IMG/VR virus record: IMGVR_UViG_3300017917_001903
Coordinates: 22,857 to 86,856 of that record
Strand: one strand, 5' to 3'
DNA from: a virus
DNA: 64,000 nt
Shown: piece after piece, positions 9,010 through 18,443 of the stretch
Layout: every line of letters starts with the position of its first letter
Position numbering within the stretch: the stretch's first letter is position 1
The notes under the pieces: generated by a model
What the model was told of the DNA's origin: nothing
What the model saw: only the letters and a program-made list of their open reading frames with translations
Database searches by the model: none
Made by a program: the position numbers and the translations under genes

Positions 9010-10180
9010 GCACACGCCTGGTCCAGCATCCGACGATAATTTTCGTTATTTGTATGATAAAAATCATTCGCCCGTATGGAAGCACTTTAGCGAGTACACC
9101 GGTAAAGGCAAATATCTTTATATCTACTTCATGCATAACGATGTCATGAGTAGAAAGAATGTGAGGAACATTTCTGTTGGTAAAGAAAATTACTTTTTAC
9201 AACTTGATGATAAAATTGTCAATGACATAAAACATAATGTATGTAAATTAATATTTGAATACACTACTGAAGCACACGACTTTTTTTACAACACTGGCAT
9301 AGATCTATCTTTGCACTATATACAGAATACAATTAAGCATTATGGGTTTGAAAAAGACCACGTGATTGTTTGCACAGGCAATTTAAAGGCACAGACTGAG
9401 AACTGGCCTTTCCATGCAACTGTACTTAATAGATGGTACCATTGTGAAGTTGCGCCAATGGGAAATAATTATGTTGAAACACAAACCCGTTTAATCAAAG
9501 AAAAAACTATTAGAAAAAACAAGCTATTATGTCTTATGCGTAAGGCACACTATCATAGACTATGGGCGGCAGAAAAGATATTTCTCAAAGGGCTAAAAGA
9601 TGACAACTTAGTTAGTATGTCAGTTAACTCAAAGTTTGCCTGGCTTAAACAAAAATTTGACAATAACTTTATTGATTCGTTGCCCTGGCACTGTGATATT
9701 CCTACTACACAGGTGATACTGGATTTATTTAAACAGCCTGTATTTAATGTTGCAGAGAATCTGCACTTAGACACATATATAAATTTCACAGTTGAAACTT
9801 GGCTCGGGCATTCAGCTGTTGGGGATTGGGAATTAAATTTAACTGAAAAGGTTATTAAACCTATAGCAGCAATGCAGCCGTTCATACTAGCGTCCCAGCC
9901 ACGTGCCCTAGAGTTTCTACGCGACGAAGGCTATAAAACGTTTGATCGCTGGTGGGATGAAAGCTACGATACTGAGCTAGATCACTTCAGACGACTAGAA
10001 TTGTGCGTTAACATTTTTGAGAAATTATCTGGTTTATCCCATACTGAACTGGCACAAATGATGCACGAAATGCTGCCCGTGCTAGAGCATAATCAACAAC
10101 TACATGCCGCTAAGTTCAAAGAACAACATAATTTTAAACAATTCCTAAATTTAGTGGACTATTGTTTCTCCACAAACTAG
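8984..10180 (+). CDS. Paralog of 7729..9009, putative glycosyltransferase-like protein
   Basis: TEKVIKPI..MQPFI...GYKTFDRWWDESYD. Confidence 0.5.
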   Translation: MAIMYTAIKHTPGPASDDNFRYLYDKNHSPVWKHFSEYTGKGKYLYIYFMHNDVMSRKNVRNISVGKENYFLQLDDKIVNDIKHNVCKLIFEYTTEAHDFFYNTGIDLSLHYIQNTIKHYGFEKDHVIVCTGNLKAQTENWPFHATVLNRWYHCEVAPMGNNYVETQTRLIKEKTIRKNKLLCLMRKAHYHRLWAAEKIFLKGLKDDNLVSMSVNSKFAWLKQKFDNNFIDSLPWHCDIPTTQVILDLFKQPVFNVAENLHLDTYINFTVETWLGHSAVGDWELNLTEKVIKPIAAMQPFILASQPRALEFLRDEGYKTFDRWWDESYDTELDHFRRLELCVNIFEKLSGLSHTELAQMMHEMLPVLEHNQQLHAAKFKEQHNFKQFLNLVDYCFSTN

Positions 10181-10211
10181 ATAAATAGTTTTACTAAAAA
10201 AGGTACATGTC

Positions 10212-10613
10212 ATGAGAATTAACGATATTACTATTGTTGAAAGTCCGCAAGTAGGCGACTACTTTGATATAGAGTTAAACGAATCAGAGATAGCATCAAC
10301 ATGGATTCATTCTGTTAACGGCAATAATATTGTAATACACGCAGACAATGAATTGTTTGAAGCTCTTACACAAGAAGCTGAATATCAAGGTCGCGACGTT
10401 CCGCTAGGTAAGCCTATGCAGGGCGATGTTAAGAAGTTTAAAGTATATGTAAAAAATCCCAAGGGTAACGTAGTTAAAGTTAACTTTGGTGATCCTAATA
10501 TGCGTATCAAGAAATCAAACCCCGCACGTCGTAAGAGCTTCCGTGCTAGACACAACTGCGACAATCCGGGTCCACGTCATAAAGCACGTTACTGGTCTTG
10601 CCGCAAGTGGTAA
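10212..10613 (+). CDS. Phage protein with basic Cys/His C-terminal module
   Basis: N-terminus MRINDITIVE; EAEYQGR...KVNFGDP...SFRARHNC...YWSCRKW; late promoter GATAAATA at about 10180. Confidence 0.7.
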   Translation: MRINDITIVESPQVGDYFDIELNESEIASTWIHSVNGNNIVIHADNELFEALTQEAEYQGRDVPLGKPMQGDVKKFKVYVKNPKGNVVKVNFGDPNMRIKKSNPARRKSFRARHNCDNPGPRHKARYWSCRKW

Positions 10614-11231
10614 ATGCTCAAACGGGCCAATACCCCCACTAGGTCAGACCCTATATGTTATCGCAGTGTAGATAACATAATTGTTACCGATTTCTATTAC
10701 TACGACAAAGACGGGTTTGAGCTAAATCAGGCAGAGCAAAAATATTATGCCGCAATGGGGCATCCTATAGATTATCCATGCTTGAATCATGTGTGCTGGC
10801 AAGAGCCTTGGTACTATTTAGAACCAAATGATTTACTGTTATTAGATCACAGTTTGGTCTTACATAGATGTAGATACGAAGGTGATGCAGCCAAGCAACT
10901 GCATGACATATCCAGATCAATACCATACGCACACTTACTATTGCAAACAAAACCTAAGTGGGGATTAGACTTTGCATTAGATGCAGTGTATGGAGACCAC
11001 GTTTACGAAGTATTGCACATTGAATACGATAGCAGGGATTATGATCAATTCTGTAATCAAAAAATAATACTAGAATATACTTTTAATCATATGGATTGGA
11101 ATGATGCTGCCAGCCAGATATGGCAACATAGAAATGAATGGCAACACCTTAAAGGTTACGATCAGAATCATTGGAAGGCCAAATATCTGCTGGGTTGGGA
11201 CTACGCCGAACTTCTAGAAAAAGCAGGATAG
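10614..11231 (+). CDS. Hypothetical protein
   Basis: 205-aa ORF abutting the previous gene. Confidence 0.65.
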   Translation: MLKRANTPTRSDPICYRSVDNIIVTDFYYYDKDGFELNQAEQKYYAAMGHPIDYPCLNHVCWQEPWYYLEPNDLLLLDHSLVLHRCRYEGDAAKQLHDISRSIPYAHLLLQTKPKWGLDFALDAVYGDHVYEVLHIEYDSRDYDQFCNQKIILEYTFNHMDWNDAASQIWQHRNEWQHLKGYDQNHWKAKYLLGWDYAELLEKAG

Positions 11232-11249
11232 CATCAATTAAATAGTGCT

Positions 11250-11810
11250 ATGGAATATGTTAGATTAATTGACACCAATATTGATGCTGACCTTCTCAAG
11301 GTTGAAGTATTTCAACTACTTAATAAACATTCACTGCTGGATAAACAACAGATAAGTTTAACATCAATTACCGGTGACGATGACTGGGAGGCAGGTGTAG
11401 GGAAAATTGTAAATTTACCCAAACCCGAAAGACTATACAGTACAGTTATGCAATCTCTCAAGGGCACCTATATAGAGGAATGCATCCAACGCTACTCTAA
11501 TTATTACAGGTGGCGATTATTAAAACTTGAAAGTCGTCAAACATATAGCGTACACTACGACGGCGACGGCGTTAATCAAAACTTTAGATTACACATTCCG
11601 GTAGTAACTAATCCAGATAGTTTCTTATGTTTTTTTGATCAACGTCCGCAGTCTGGCCAATCGGTTACACTAAGGCATGAGCATCTAACTGCCGGAAACA
11701 GCTATCGTGTAAACACAACCAATTATCATACGGCTGTTAATTATGGACATGAAACCAGATATCACATTGTAGGAGTACGCTATGAAAATAGCAATAACAG
11801 GACACACTAA
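11250..11810 (+). CDS. 2OG-Fe(II) oxygenase, aspartyl/asparaginyl beta-hydroxylase family
   Basis: HxD (VHYD), RLHIPVVTN, HTAVNYG..RYH. Confidence 0.8.
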   Translation: MEYVRLIDTNIDADLLKVEVFQLLNKHSLLDKQQISLTSITGDDDWEAGVGKIVNLPKPERLYSTVMQSLKGTYIEECIQRYSNYYRWRLLKLESRQTYSVHYDGDGVNQNFRLHIPVVTNPDSFLCFFDQRPQSGQSVTLRHEHLTAGNSYRVNTTNYHTAVNYGHETRYHIVGVRYENSNNRTH

Positions 11811-12318
11811 AGGTATTGGTAAAGCAATTGCTGACTTATATTATACCGACGAAGTTGTAGGCTTTAGTCGTAGCAACGGATACGACATTGTTCATCCTGG
11901 TAATGTAGCACGAATAATTGCTGAAAGTGCCGAATGTGATATATTTGTTAATAATGCTTATCACGACTTTGTTCAATGTGATTTGCTAGATGGGATATAC
12001 GATTTATGGAAAAATGACCCAACTAAAACTATTGTTAACATCATTAGCAGAGCACGTTATGGATTAGGCAAAGCAAAGTTCTATGGCCAGACTAAAATGG
12101 AATTATACAGCAAAGCTAAAACTATGATGTTTAGTGACAAACGCTGTCGTATTATTAACATTAATCCGGGTTATGTAAAAACAGATATGGTAGCACATGT
12201 ACCTGACACTGTTAAGATGCTAACACCAGAACAGTTAGCAACTATGATCAAATGGTGCTTAGACCAACCCCAAGGTGTTGAGGTTGGTGAACTAAGTGTT
12301 TGGTGTACTACTCTTTAG
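11782..12318 (+). CDS. Short-chain dehydrogenase/reductase
   Basis: ITGHTKGIG, FVNNA, YGQTK (YxxxK), INPGYVKT. Confidence 0.85.
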   Translation: MKIAITGHTKGIGKAIADLYYTDEVVGFSRSNGYDIVHPGNVARIIAESAECDIFVNNAYHDFVQCDLLDGIYDLWKNDPTKTIVNIISRARYGLGKAKFYGQTKMELYSKAKTMMFSDKRCRIININPGYVKTDMVAHVPDTVKMLTPEQLATMIKWCLDQPQGVEVGELSVWCTTL

Positions 12319-12697
12319 CACAACTGCACTTGGCTTCGTAGTCGCTGATTGCTGCTTTAATAGCATCCTCAGCTAGTATTGAGCAATGTATCTTTACCGG
12401 GGGGAGTGCTAGTTCTTCTGCAATTTGGGTATTTTTGATTGTCTTAGCATCATCTAGTGTACGTCCTTTAACCCATTCTGTAACAAGACTTGAGCTTGCA
12501 ATCGCTGATCCACAACCATACGTTTTAAATTTTGCATCAGTAATAATACCATCTTCAACTTTAATTTGAAGCTTCATAACGTCGCCGCATGCTGGTGCAC
12601 CAACCATACCTGTTCCCACTGACGGATCGCCCTTTTCAAAACTACCAACATTTCGGGGATTTTCGTAGTGGTCAATGACTTGATTTGAATAAGCCAT
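12308..12697 (-). CDS. iscU: Fe-S cluster scaffold IscU
   Basis: MAYSNQVIDHYENPRNVG, GAPACGD, GCGSAIASSS, LPPVKIHC. Confidence 0.95.
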   Translation of the reverse strand: MAYSNQVIDHYENPRNVGSFEKGDPSVGTGMVGAPACGDVMKLQIKVEDGIITDAKFKTYGCGSAIASSSLVTEWVKGRTLDDAKTIKNTQIAEELALPPVKIHCSILAEDAIKAAISDYEAKCSCAKE

Positions 12698-12723
12698 AAC
12701 CATCCTTTCTAAAGTGATACAAA

Positions 12724-12744
12724 TATTTATCACAGTGATAAATA
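12724..12744. promoter_or_regulatory. Back-to-back late promoters
   Basis: TATTTATCAC-A-GTGATAAATA perfect inverted repeat between divergent genes. Confidence 0.7.
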
Positions 12745-12749
12745 CTAAT

Positions 12750-14423
12750 ATGAACAAAGTCGTTATATACCCGGGTAGATTTCAGCCTATGCTGAGTCAC
12801 CATGCTGAAGTATTCAAACAACTACATGCACAATTCCCCGATGCAGAAGTGTACATAGGCACTAGCGATAAAGTAGAAGCACCAAAGAGCCCTTTTAACT
12901 TTAAGGAAAAGCAAGCAATTGCAACAGCACACGGTATTCCTGCTAACCGCGTTTTGTCAGTAACACGCCCATACCATCAAGAAGATTATGCAAAGTATTT
13001 TGATCCTAATAGCACTATAATTATTTTCGCAGTTGGCGAAAAAGATCTAGATCGTTTTCCGTTTAACAATGTAGACCCAAACACAGGCCTAGATATGACG
13101 GTGCGCGGCGAAGCTAGACCAAAGTACTATCAGAAGATAAATACACTAAAGGCAGATCCTCGTCCTATGAGTGAGCGCGGTTATATTACACTAGCGCCAA
13201 CAATTATGACAGGGAATGAAGTTGCTAGTGCAAGTGCTTTTAGAGATGCTCTAAAGTCTGCTCCCGATAAAGAAGCAGCCAAAGCGGTTTTCCAAAAGCA
13301 GTTTGGACAGTATGACGACAAGATTTTTAACCTAATTTATAGCAAGGTAACAGGTGCAAATATGAGCGAACAAATTAATATTCTAAGAAAGCTAGCAGGT
13401 CTTCCAGTTGCAGAAGCAGCACCTGTTGAATTTGGTGCAAATGCAGATGCTAAGTCCGCAAAGTTTTTACCACCAAGCCCATCCAGTGCTAAGATGAGCA
13501 TTGCTAACCGTTTCCCCAAAGGTGCAGACGTTAACGATCCTGCTACCAAGCAAGAGCAGTTCATCCAGGCATTGCTACGCTCACCTGAAGCACTAATTTC
13601 AGAATTCAGCGAGCGCCTAGATCCTAAAGATGACAACAGCCTAGCAGTTGGCCAAAAGCTAAGTGATATTGTTCAGCTTATGAACCAAAAGGACATTGGT
13701 GTTTCAGGCCTACCAAAAGACCTAAAGCAGTTTGTACTAGACCTAACAGTTAATGCTGTCAAGAACATGGATCTAAGTGCCGGCGATACAAGCCCAGCAT
13801 ACAGCGACATGGACGACGAAGATGAGTTTAACAAAGAAAGTGTTGACCTATCAAACATCCGCGGCGAATATGGTATTGAAGAATCAAAGCCAGACTTCTT
13901 AGACCTAGATGATGATGGCAATGAAGAAGAATCAATGAAAGACGCGGCAGCTGATGCTGAAGAAGATGATGTAAAGGAAGGATTCAGCAGTGAAGCTGAT
14001 CAAGTCTTAGCACAGTGCGGTTCAGGTGAACTAGATTGCTACGATGTGATGACAAGACCACAAGGCCCTGCACAAGAAGAAGCAGCCAAAGTTATCCAAG
14101 ATATGTATGACGAAGTATCAATTGATCATCACTTACACCCAGACGACGACTTTGAGCAGATCCTAGATATTGTTGCAGACCAACTAGCGGATCAATATGG
14201 TGACAGCGACGAAGATACTCTTGAAGCTAAGAATCCGTATGCAGTTGGCATGGCATCTGCTATGAAGTCAACTGGGGACGAGCCACCACTCAAGAAGTCA
14301 ACAATTAAGAAGGCACATAAGATTGCCAAAGCTGTTGCCAAGAATGAAGCAGTTGACGAAACAGTAAACAATGCAATGAGTGCTGCTATGGCAGAACTAC
14401 GCAAACTAGCAGGTTTAAGATAA
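12750..14423 (+). CDS. HIGH-family (cytidylyltransferase-like) nucleotidyltransferase fused to an acidic head-core-like region
   Basis: YPGRFQPMLSHH, SPFNFKEK, AVGEKD, SASAFR; acidic C-terminal half with LRKLAGL twice. Confidence 0.7.
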   Translation: MNKVVIYPGRFQPMLSHHAEVFKQLHAQFPDAEVYIGTSDKVEAPKSPFNFKEKQAIATAHGIPANRVLSVTRPYHQEDYAKYFDPNSTIIIFAVGEKDLDRFPFNNVDPNTGLDMTVRGEARPKYYQKINTLKADPRPMSERGYITLAPTIMTGNEVASASAFRDALKSAPDKEAAKAVFQKQFGQYDDKIFNLIYSKVTGANMSEQINILRKLAGLPVAEAAPVEFGANADAKSAKFLPPSPSSAKMSIANRFPKGADVNDPATKQEQFIQALLRSPEALISEFSERLDPKDDNSLAVGQKLSDIVQLMNQKDIGVSGLPKDLKQFVLDLTVNAVKNMDLSAGDTSPAYSDMDDEDEFNKESVDLSNIRGEYGIEESKPDFLDLDDDGNEEESMKDAAADAEEDDVKEGFSSEADQVLAQCGSGELDCYDVMTRPQGPAQEEAAKVIQDMYDEVSIDHHLHPDDDFEQILDIVADQLADQYGDSDEDTLEAKNPYAVGMASAMKSTGDEPPLKKSTIKKAHKIAKAVAKNEAVDETVNNAMSAAMAELRKLAGLR

Positions 14424-14788
14424 TGAACGAGATTGAACGCTTACAACATCTAGCTGGCATTATGCCAAGAACTATTGCCCTAGAAGCAGAAGAACCAAAC
14501 ACTGGCGATCAAGTTGTAAAAACTGTAGTTGGTCACGAAGACGATGAACCTGGTATGATTCGTCAAGAGCTATTTAAGATTGGCAAGTATGCAGTTGAGC
14601 TTTACAAGATGCTAGGTACTGTGCCAGATGGAGACTTGCCACAATGGTGGACTGCTAAGATTGTTAAGGCTGGTGAGTTCATGGATTCAGCTAAACACTA
14701 TCTAGAAGCAGAACTCGAAGCACCTGATGCAGAAGTAAGTGTTACTCCTGATGTAGAGGACAACACCGATCCTAGCGGTGTTAGTTAA
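14423..14788 (+). CDS. Acidic putative head-associated protein
   Basis: EIERLQHLAGI matches the LRKLAGL motif; TAATG coupling. Confidence 0.55.
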   Translation: MNEIERLQHLAGIMPRTIALEAEEPNTGDQVVKTVVGHEDDEPGMIRQELFKIGKYAVELYKMLGTVPDGDLPQWWTAKIVKAGEFMDSAKHYLEAELEAPDAEVSVTPDVEDNTDPSGVS

Positions 14789-15632
14789 GCCAACTAGTAT
14801 TAAGAACTAATTGTTCAGCATAAACGGGCCAGAAGCGACCAGCTCTAGGCCCGTTATTTTTTCTCCCATCGCTTTCACCTGGGATTTTAATCCACAAGTA
14901 AGCATCGCATAGTGTATGCCCGGTATTAGTTGTTGGTGCTTGCCCAATAGCACGACCTGGTGGATTGCACCATTCATTACCATATGGGCCATTTCCATTG
15001 CGACTAGTATCTACTACATAGTGTTTGCAGTTAGCATATTCGCTTACACGCTCTGCCCACTTAACAGACTCTGCTGTGGTGCGGAAGTTACTTACATTAA
15101 CGCTAAAGCCTCGCACCATAGGATTGCTGACTGTGTTCAACAGTTTACCTGCTGTTTCAGGATCAAGCCAATTGCTGTGGCCTATGTCTACATATACCAG
15201 TGCATTGGTACGCTCTGTGAGAATTAGCAATGCTTGACGCATCAGGTCGTAACGCCACAGTGCTTCAGCAGGATCCATCTCTGTACTGTGAGGTAACGCA
15301 TCTGGTTCAAAGATAACAATGGGTGCAAGTTCTCCTACACCTAGTGCAAAACTTTCAATGAACTCTAAGTAACTGGCAGCACTGCCTGCGCCGCCTTTGC
15401 TATACTGCCCCATGTCTCGGTTAGGGAGGTTGTACAGCACAAACACAGGAAGGCTTGGCAATGTTCTGCGGAACAATCTTGCCAAGCTCTTTTCTAAATG
15501 TTTAACAGGTTTGCCGTTCCTTTGACCGTACCAGAATGCAACCGGATGCTTAAATATCTTTCTTACTAAAGGATACTTTTTGGCATGGTCTCGCACACGG
15601 TCAAAGTTGTTAACATAAAACGGATAGTCCAT
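14781..15632 (-). CDS. Glycoside hydrolase family 6 (cellulase/endoglucanase)
   Basis: LYNLPNRD, IFEPDAL, YVDIGHSNW, GFSVNVSNF, VVDTSRNG, WCNPPGRAIG, LWIKIPGESDG. Confidence 0.9.
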   Translation of the reverse strand: MDYPFYVNNFDRVRDHAKKYPLVRKIFKHPVAFWYGQRNGKPVKHLEKSLARLFRRTLPSLPVFVLYNLPNRDMGQYSKGGAGSAASYLEFIESFALGVGELAPIVIFEPDALPHSTEMDPAEALWRYDLMRQALLILTERTNALVYVDIGHSNWLDPETAGKLLNTVSNPMVRGFSVNVSNFRTTAESVKWAERVSEYANCKHYVVDTSRNGNGPYGNEWCNPPGRAIGQAPTTNTGHTLCDAYLWIKIPGESDGRKNNGPRAGRFWPVYAEQLVLNTSWLN

Positions 15633-15638
15633 TGCATA

Positions 15639-16229
15639 TTACTTTATGCGGCGCTCAATCTTTTTGAATCGCTTATCGCGCTTTTCCTTTGCACGACGAA
15701 GTTTGAAATCACTGACAATGTCAATAAAGTTTACACCTTGTAGGTGATCGTACTCGTGAAGGAAACAACGTGCATCAATCCCGTCCAACCACATTTCAAC
15801 TTGAGTTTCACCGTCGTTTTTATAAAAACGAACTTTGATTTTTGCAGGACGTTTGATATGAATGTAGAGAAGTGGCCAAGTTAAACAGCCCTCCTCAATG
15901 TCTACTTCACCTTCAGTTTCTACAATCTCAGGCTTGTACACGCCAATGTCGCCCAAGAAGCTATGGCGCATAACAAACATATTGTAACTACTGCCCACTT
16001 GAGGTGCAGCCAAGCCTACACCTAGGTTAGCATGCATGAGCTTAATCATTTCCTGTTCGCGATCAGCCCAATCAATGTCTCCCGAAAAAGGATCCACAGA
16101 TGCACTCTTATGGAGGGCAGGATGATTTGGTTCTACCAAAGAACATTGCCAGTCCTCTACAAGGAAATCTCCTAGTGAGATATCTGAGCTACTAGCGTAC
16201 TTATCGTAAGGGTTGTATTGTTTAATCAT
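15639..16229 (-). CDS. def: Peptide deformylase
   Basis: GVGLAAPQ, EGCLT, HEYDHLQG. Confidence 0.93.
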   Translation of the reverse strand: MIKQYNPYDKYASSSDISLGDFLVEDWQCSLVEPNHPALHKSASVDPFSGDIDWADREQEMIKLMHANLGVGLAAPQVGSSYNMFVMRHSFLGDIGVYKPEIVETEGEVDIEEGCLTWPLLYIHIKRPAKIKVRFYKNDGETQVEMWLDGIDARCFLHEYDHLQGVNFIDIVSDFKLRRAKEKRDKRFKKIERRIK

Positions 16230-16273
16230 ACGTATATTTAATGCTGTTGAAATCTAGAGCAATAAAATACTGA

Positions 16274-16624
16274 CTATACAATAACAGTTTTTTGTTTGCC
16301 CATGCCTTCACCAAATAGCTTAACGCCACGCTTACGGATCATATCTGCACACATTTGTGGACTAGCTTCCCACATGTCGCGCCAATCCTGCTCAGTGATA
16401 CCCGGGTCGCAGTCTACAGCATATACTTCGTAGAACCGTTGAGCATTGAACCGAGCTCGCATGAGTATAGCATTGAGCGTACTGTTGAGTGGATTAGGCT
16501 TGGTACTCTTACCTTGTAGTACTTCAAACGCACATGTAGTTTCCCAATCCTCGTATTGTGTGATTGGGATAATGGCTTCAACGCCTGTGCAGTCCCAACT
16601 CATTAAGAAAGCATTAACAGTCAC
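16274..16624 (-). CDS. Hypothetical protein
   Basis: ORF in packed operon. Confidence 0.65.
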   Translation of the reverse strand: MTVNAFLMSWDCTGVEAIIPITQYEDWETTCAFEVLQGKSTKPNPLNSTLNAILMRARFNAQRFYEVYAVDCDPGITEQDWRDMWEASPQMCADMIRKRGVKLFGEGMGKQKTVIV

Positions 16625-16823
16625 GATTTTTCCAAGTCATTGTAAAGAATGCCGCATCAGCACTAGAATCAAATTTATATACTGCTAGTTCATCAGCACT
16701 AGGACTAAATTCGTGTATGTCGCAAATAGTTACACCTTGATAGCTAGAGCAACAGTCCCGAGCCCAACGATCGGCAGCACCAAAATTTTTGCATTCGCCA
16801 TCGTCTAAATATACTTCAATCAT
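16614..16823 (-). CDS. Hypothetical protein
   Basis: ORF overlapping both neighbours. Confidence 0.6.
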   Translation of the reverse strand: MIEVYLDDGECKNFGAADRWARDCCSSYQGVTICDIHEFSPSADELAVYKFDSSADAAFFTMTWKNRDC

Positions 16824-17056
16824 TTATCTACTAACATCTTATTTGGATTTTTAACACACATAACTTCATACAGTTCGCGGTAGTCAGGCCAGCCCTTTTC
16901 TCCGTTGCTTTCCTTAAAGGCTTTTACATTATCGCAATAGACTTGTTCTTCGCGCTGTGCATCCTCGTAGTCTGTTCTACCAGCAAGCCCTGCTAGCATA
17001 ACAAAAACAACAAAACCAACACCGACCCAAAACCAATTGATATTTTTATTAGTCAT
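16820..17056 (-). CDS. Hypothetical membrane protein
   Basis: N-terminal TM helix; AAGGA RBS. Confidence 0.65.
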   Translation of the reverse strand: MTNKNINWFWVGVGFVVFVMLAGLAGRTDYEDAQREEQVYCDNVKAFKESNGEKGWPDYRELYEVMCVKNPNKMLVDK

Positions 17057-17068
17057 GTTTAATATCCT

Positions 17069-17461
17069 TTAAACCATTGTTAAGTGTTTACAGGTCTTAC
17101 GGAAACCAAAGCCAGGACATGTGCAACTAGAGCGGCTTCCCTCCTTAATAACTGTATAAGTGTTACCCTTAGATCCTGCTACTGTACGCTCAATACGCTC
17201 CACCTTGGGCAGAGGTTTAAACTTTACTTCAGCACCATTTACCTCAAGAATGCGTTCGCGACGAATGCGTCGGAAAGGAAAGTCCGGGTTACCAGTTGTG
17301 ATACCAATCTCATCATCAGCAAACCATTTCTCACGCATAATAGTGCCGGTATAGTAATTGTACTGCTGACTAACCACACCGGTAGCGTAAAGATGCCGGC
17401 TGGGCCAGAGAATGTTCTCTACCTTAATAGTAACAGTATTACCAATTGCCAGCTGATCCAT
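17069..17461 (-). CDS. SWIM zinc-finger protein
   Basis: GSKGNTYTV...CTCPGFGFRKTCKH. Confidence 0.8.
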   Translation of the reverse strand: MDQLAIGNTVTIKVENILWPSRHLYATGVVSQQYNYYTGTIMREKWFADDEIGITTGNPDFPFRRIRRERILEVNGAEVKFKPLPKVERIERTVAGSKGNTYTVIKEGSRSSCTCPGFGFRKTCKHLTMV

Positions 17462-17465
17462 ATCT

Positions 17466-17606
17466 TTAGCCCTGTACAATTAATTCTGCTCGACGCACAC
17501 CGGTGCTACGACTTATACGATTGTAAAAACCTTTTGCCGCTACATAGGTGTCGAAGCTCTTGCTTTGACGAGCGTAATTGTAATAGCTGTATGTCACAGT
17601 ATACAT
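17466..17606 (-). CDS. Small hypothetical protein (46 aa), missing from ORF track
   Basis: MYTVTYSYYNYARQSKSFDTYVAAKGFYNRISRSTGVRRAELIVQG; TAATG coupling and AGGAG RBS. Confidence 0.6.
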   Translation of the reverse strand: MYTVTYSYYNYARQSKSFDTYVAAKGFYNRISRSTGVRRAELIVQG

Positions 17607-17953
17607 TATGCAATCTCCTTAAAGCCAAAACGGTCAACCATAACACTACGACCTTCTTCGTCAACGATAATGTCGCCAACACTCACGCTGTGCATGCGGG
17701 CAAGTCGCGTAATGCTTTCTTCGGGACCAATGTTACCAACGTCAAACGCACGGTTCAAGTTGTCTGCTTCAATGATGCATACGGGCTTGTAAAACTCACT
17801 GTACTCGGGCTTGTAACCATCACTGCCCTTGAACATTGTGTCCATATATGCACGATATTCGGGGAAAGCCTGAGCCGCTTCTTCATGACCCAAACGGTTT
17901 ACTTGGTCGTAAACGCGATCTGCGATCTGGATTTGCTTTACGGTGAATTTCAT
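17606..17953 (-). CDS. YodL-like domain protein
   Basis: MHSVSVGDIIV motif; own early promoter. Confidence 0.55.
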   Translation of the reverse strand: MKFTVKQIQIADRVYDQVNRLGHEEAAQAFPEYRAYMDTMFKGSDGYKPEYSEFYKPVCIIEADNLNRAFDVGNIGPEESITRLARMHSVSVGDIIVDEEGRSVMVDRFGFKEIA

Positions 17954-17960
17954 TTTCTGC

Positions 17961-18013
17961 CCTTTATCAAACACTATATGCATATAATAACATCTTATGC
18001 CCAATTGTCAACC
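17961..18013 (-). promoter_or_regulatory. Sigma70-type early promoter cassette
   Basis: TTGACA ... TATTAT; shares CCTTTATCAAACACTATATG with 22298-22317. Confidence 0.7.
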
Positions 18014-18024
18014 ATTTTTTGGTC

Positions 18025-18294
18025 TTAGGCTATTTCTTCGCCCCACTCGTAAAACGTAACGCTGGGGTCGAGCTTCTTAAGTTGCTTTGCCGCACCCATT
18101 AGTTCGCGATAGCGACGGTTAACTTCTGCACGGGGCAGTTCGCCATCACAGGTTAGGTTCTCGGGACTAAGTGCGGCATCGATCATATCAGCAACACGCT
18201 GGCGACCTTGCGCGGTCTTGATTTCGTACTGTTCGCCGTTGAAAAAGCTGTTCCAGTGATTTTTCTGGGCGATAAACGTTTGCAGTGCTTTCAT
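18025..18294 (-). CDS. Early hypothetical protein
   Basis: ALSPENLTCDGE; AAGGAG RBS. Confidence 0.7.
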   Translation of the reverse strand: MKALQTFIAQKNHWNSFFNGEQYEIKTAQGRQRVADMIDAALSPENLTCDGELPRAEVNRRYRELMGAAKQLKKLDPSVTFYEWGEEIA

Positions 18295-18307
18295 CTTTAA
18301 CTCCTTA

Positions 18308-18373
18308 TTTCTTACTATATACATAGTATAGCACAAATAAGAAAAAGGTCAACCGCCTATAAGTTGTTGATTT
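18308..18373 (-). promoter_or_regulatory. Early promoter (TTGACC-17-TATACT) with upstream IHF-consensus site
   Basis: GGTTGACC...TGTGCTATACTATGTATATAG; AATCAACAACTTA matches WATCAANNNNTTR. Confidence 0.75.
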
Positions 18374-18443
18374 ACAACAGAAAAACCCTGCTAAAAGTGT
18401 GGGTTTTTTACAAATAACCACAAAATAAGCAGGGTTTTAACGT

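Noticed and set aside
17084-18028. 314-aa plus-strand ORF
   Set aside because: Antisense to three well-supported minus-strand genes.
18295-18336. Identical MCYTMYIVR N-termini on two ORFs (also at 22623)
   Set aside because: Translation of the repeated promoter sequence, not a protein motif.
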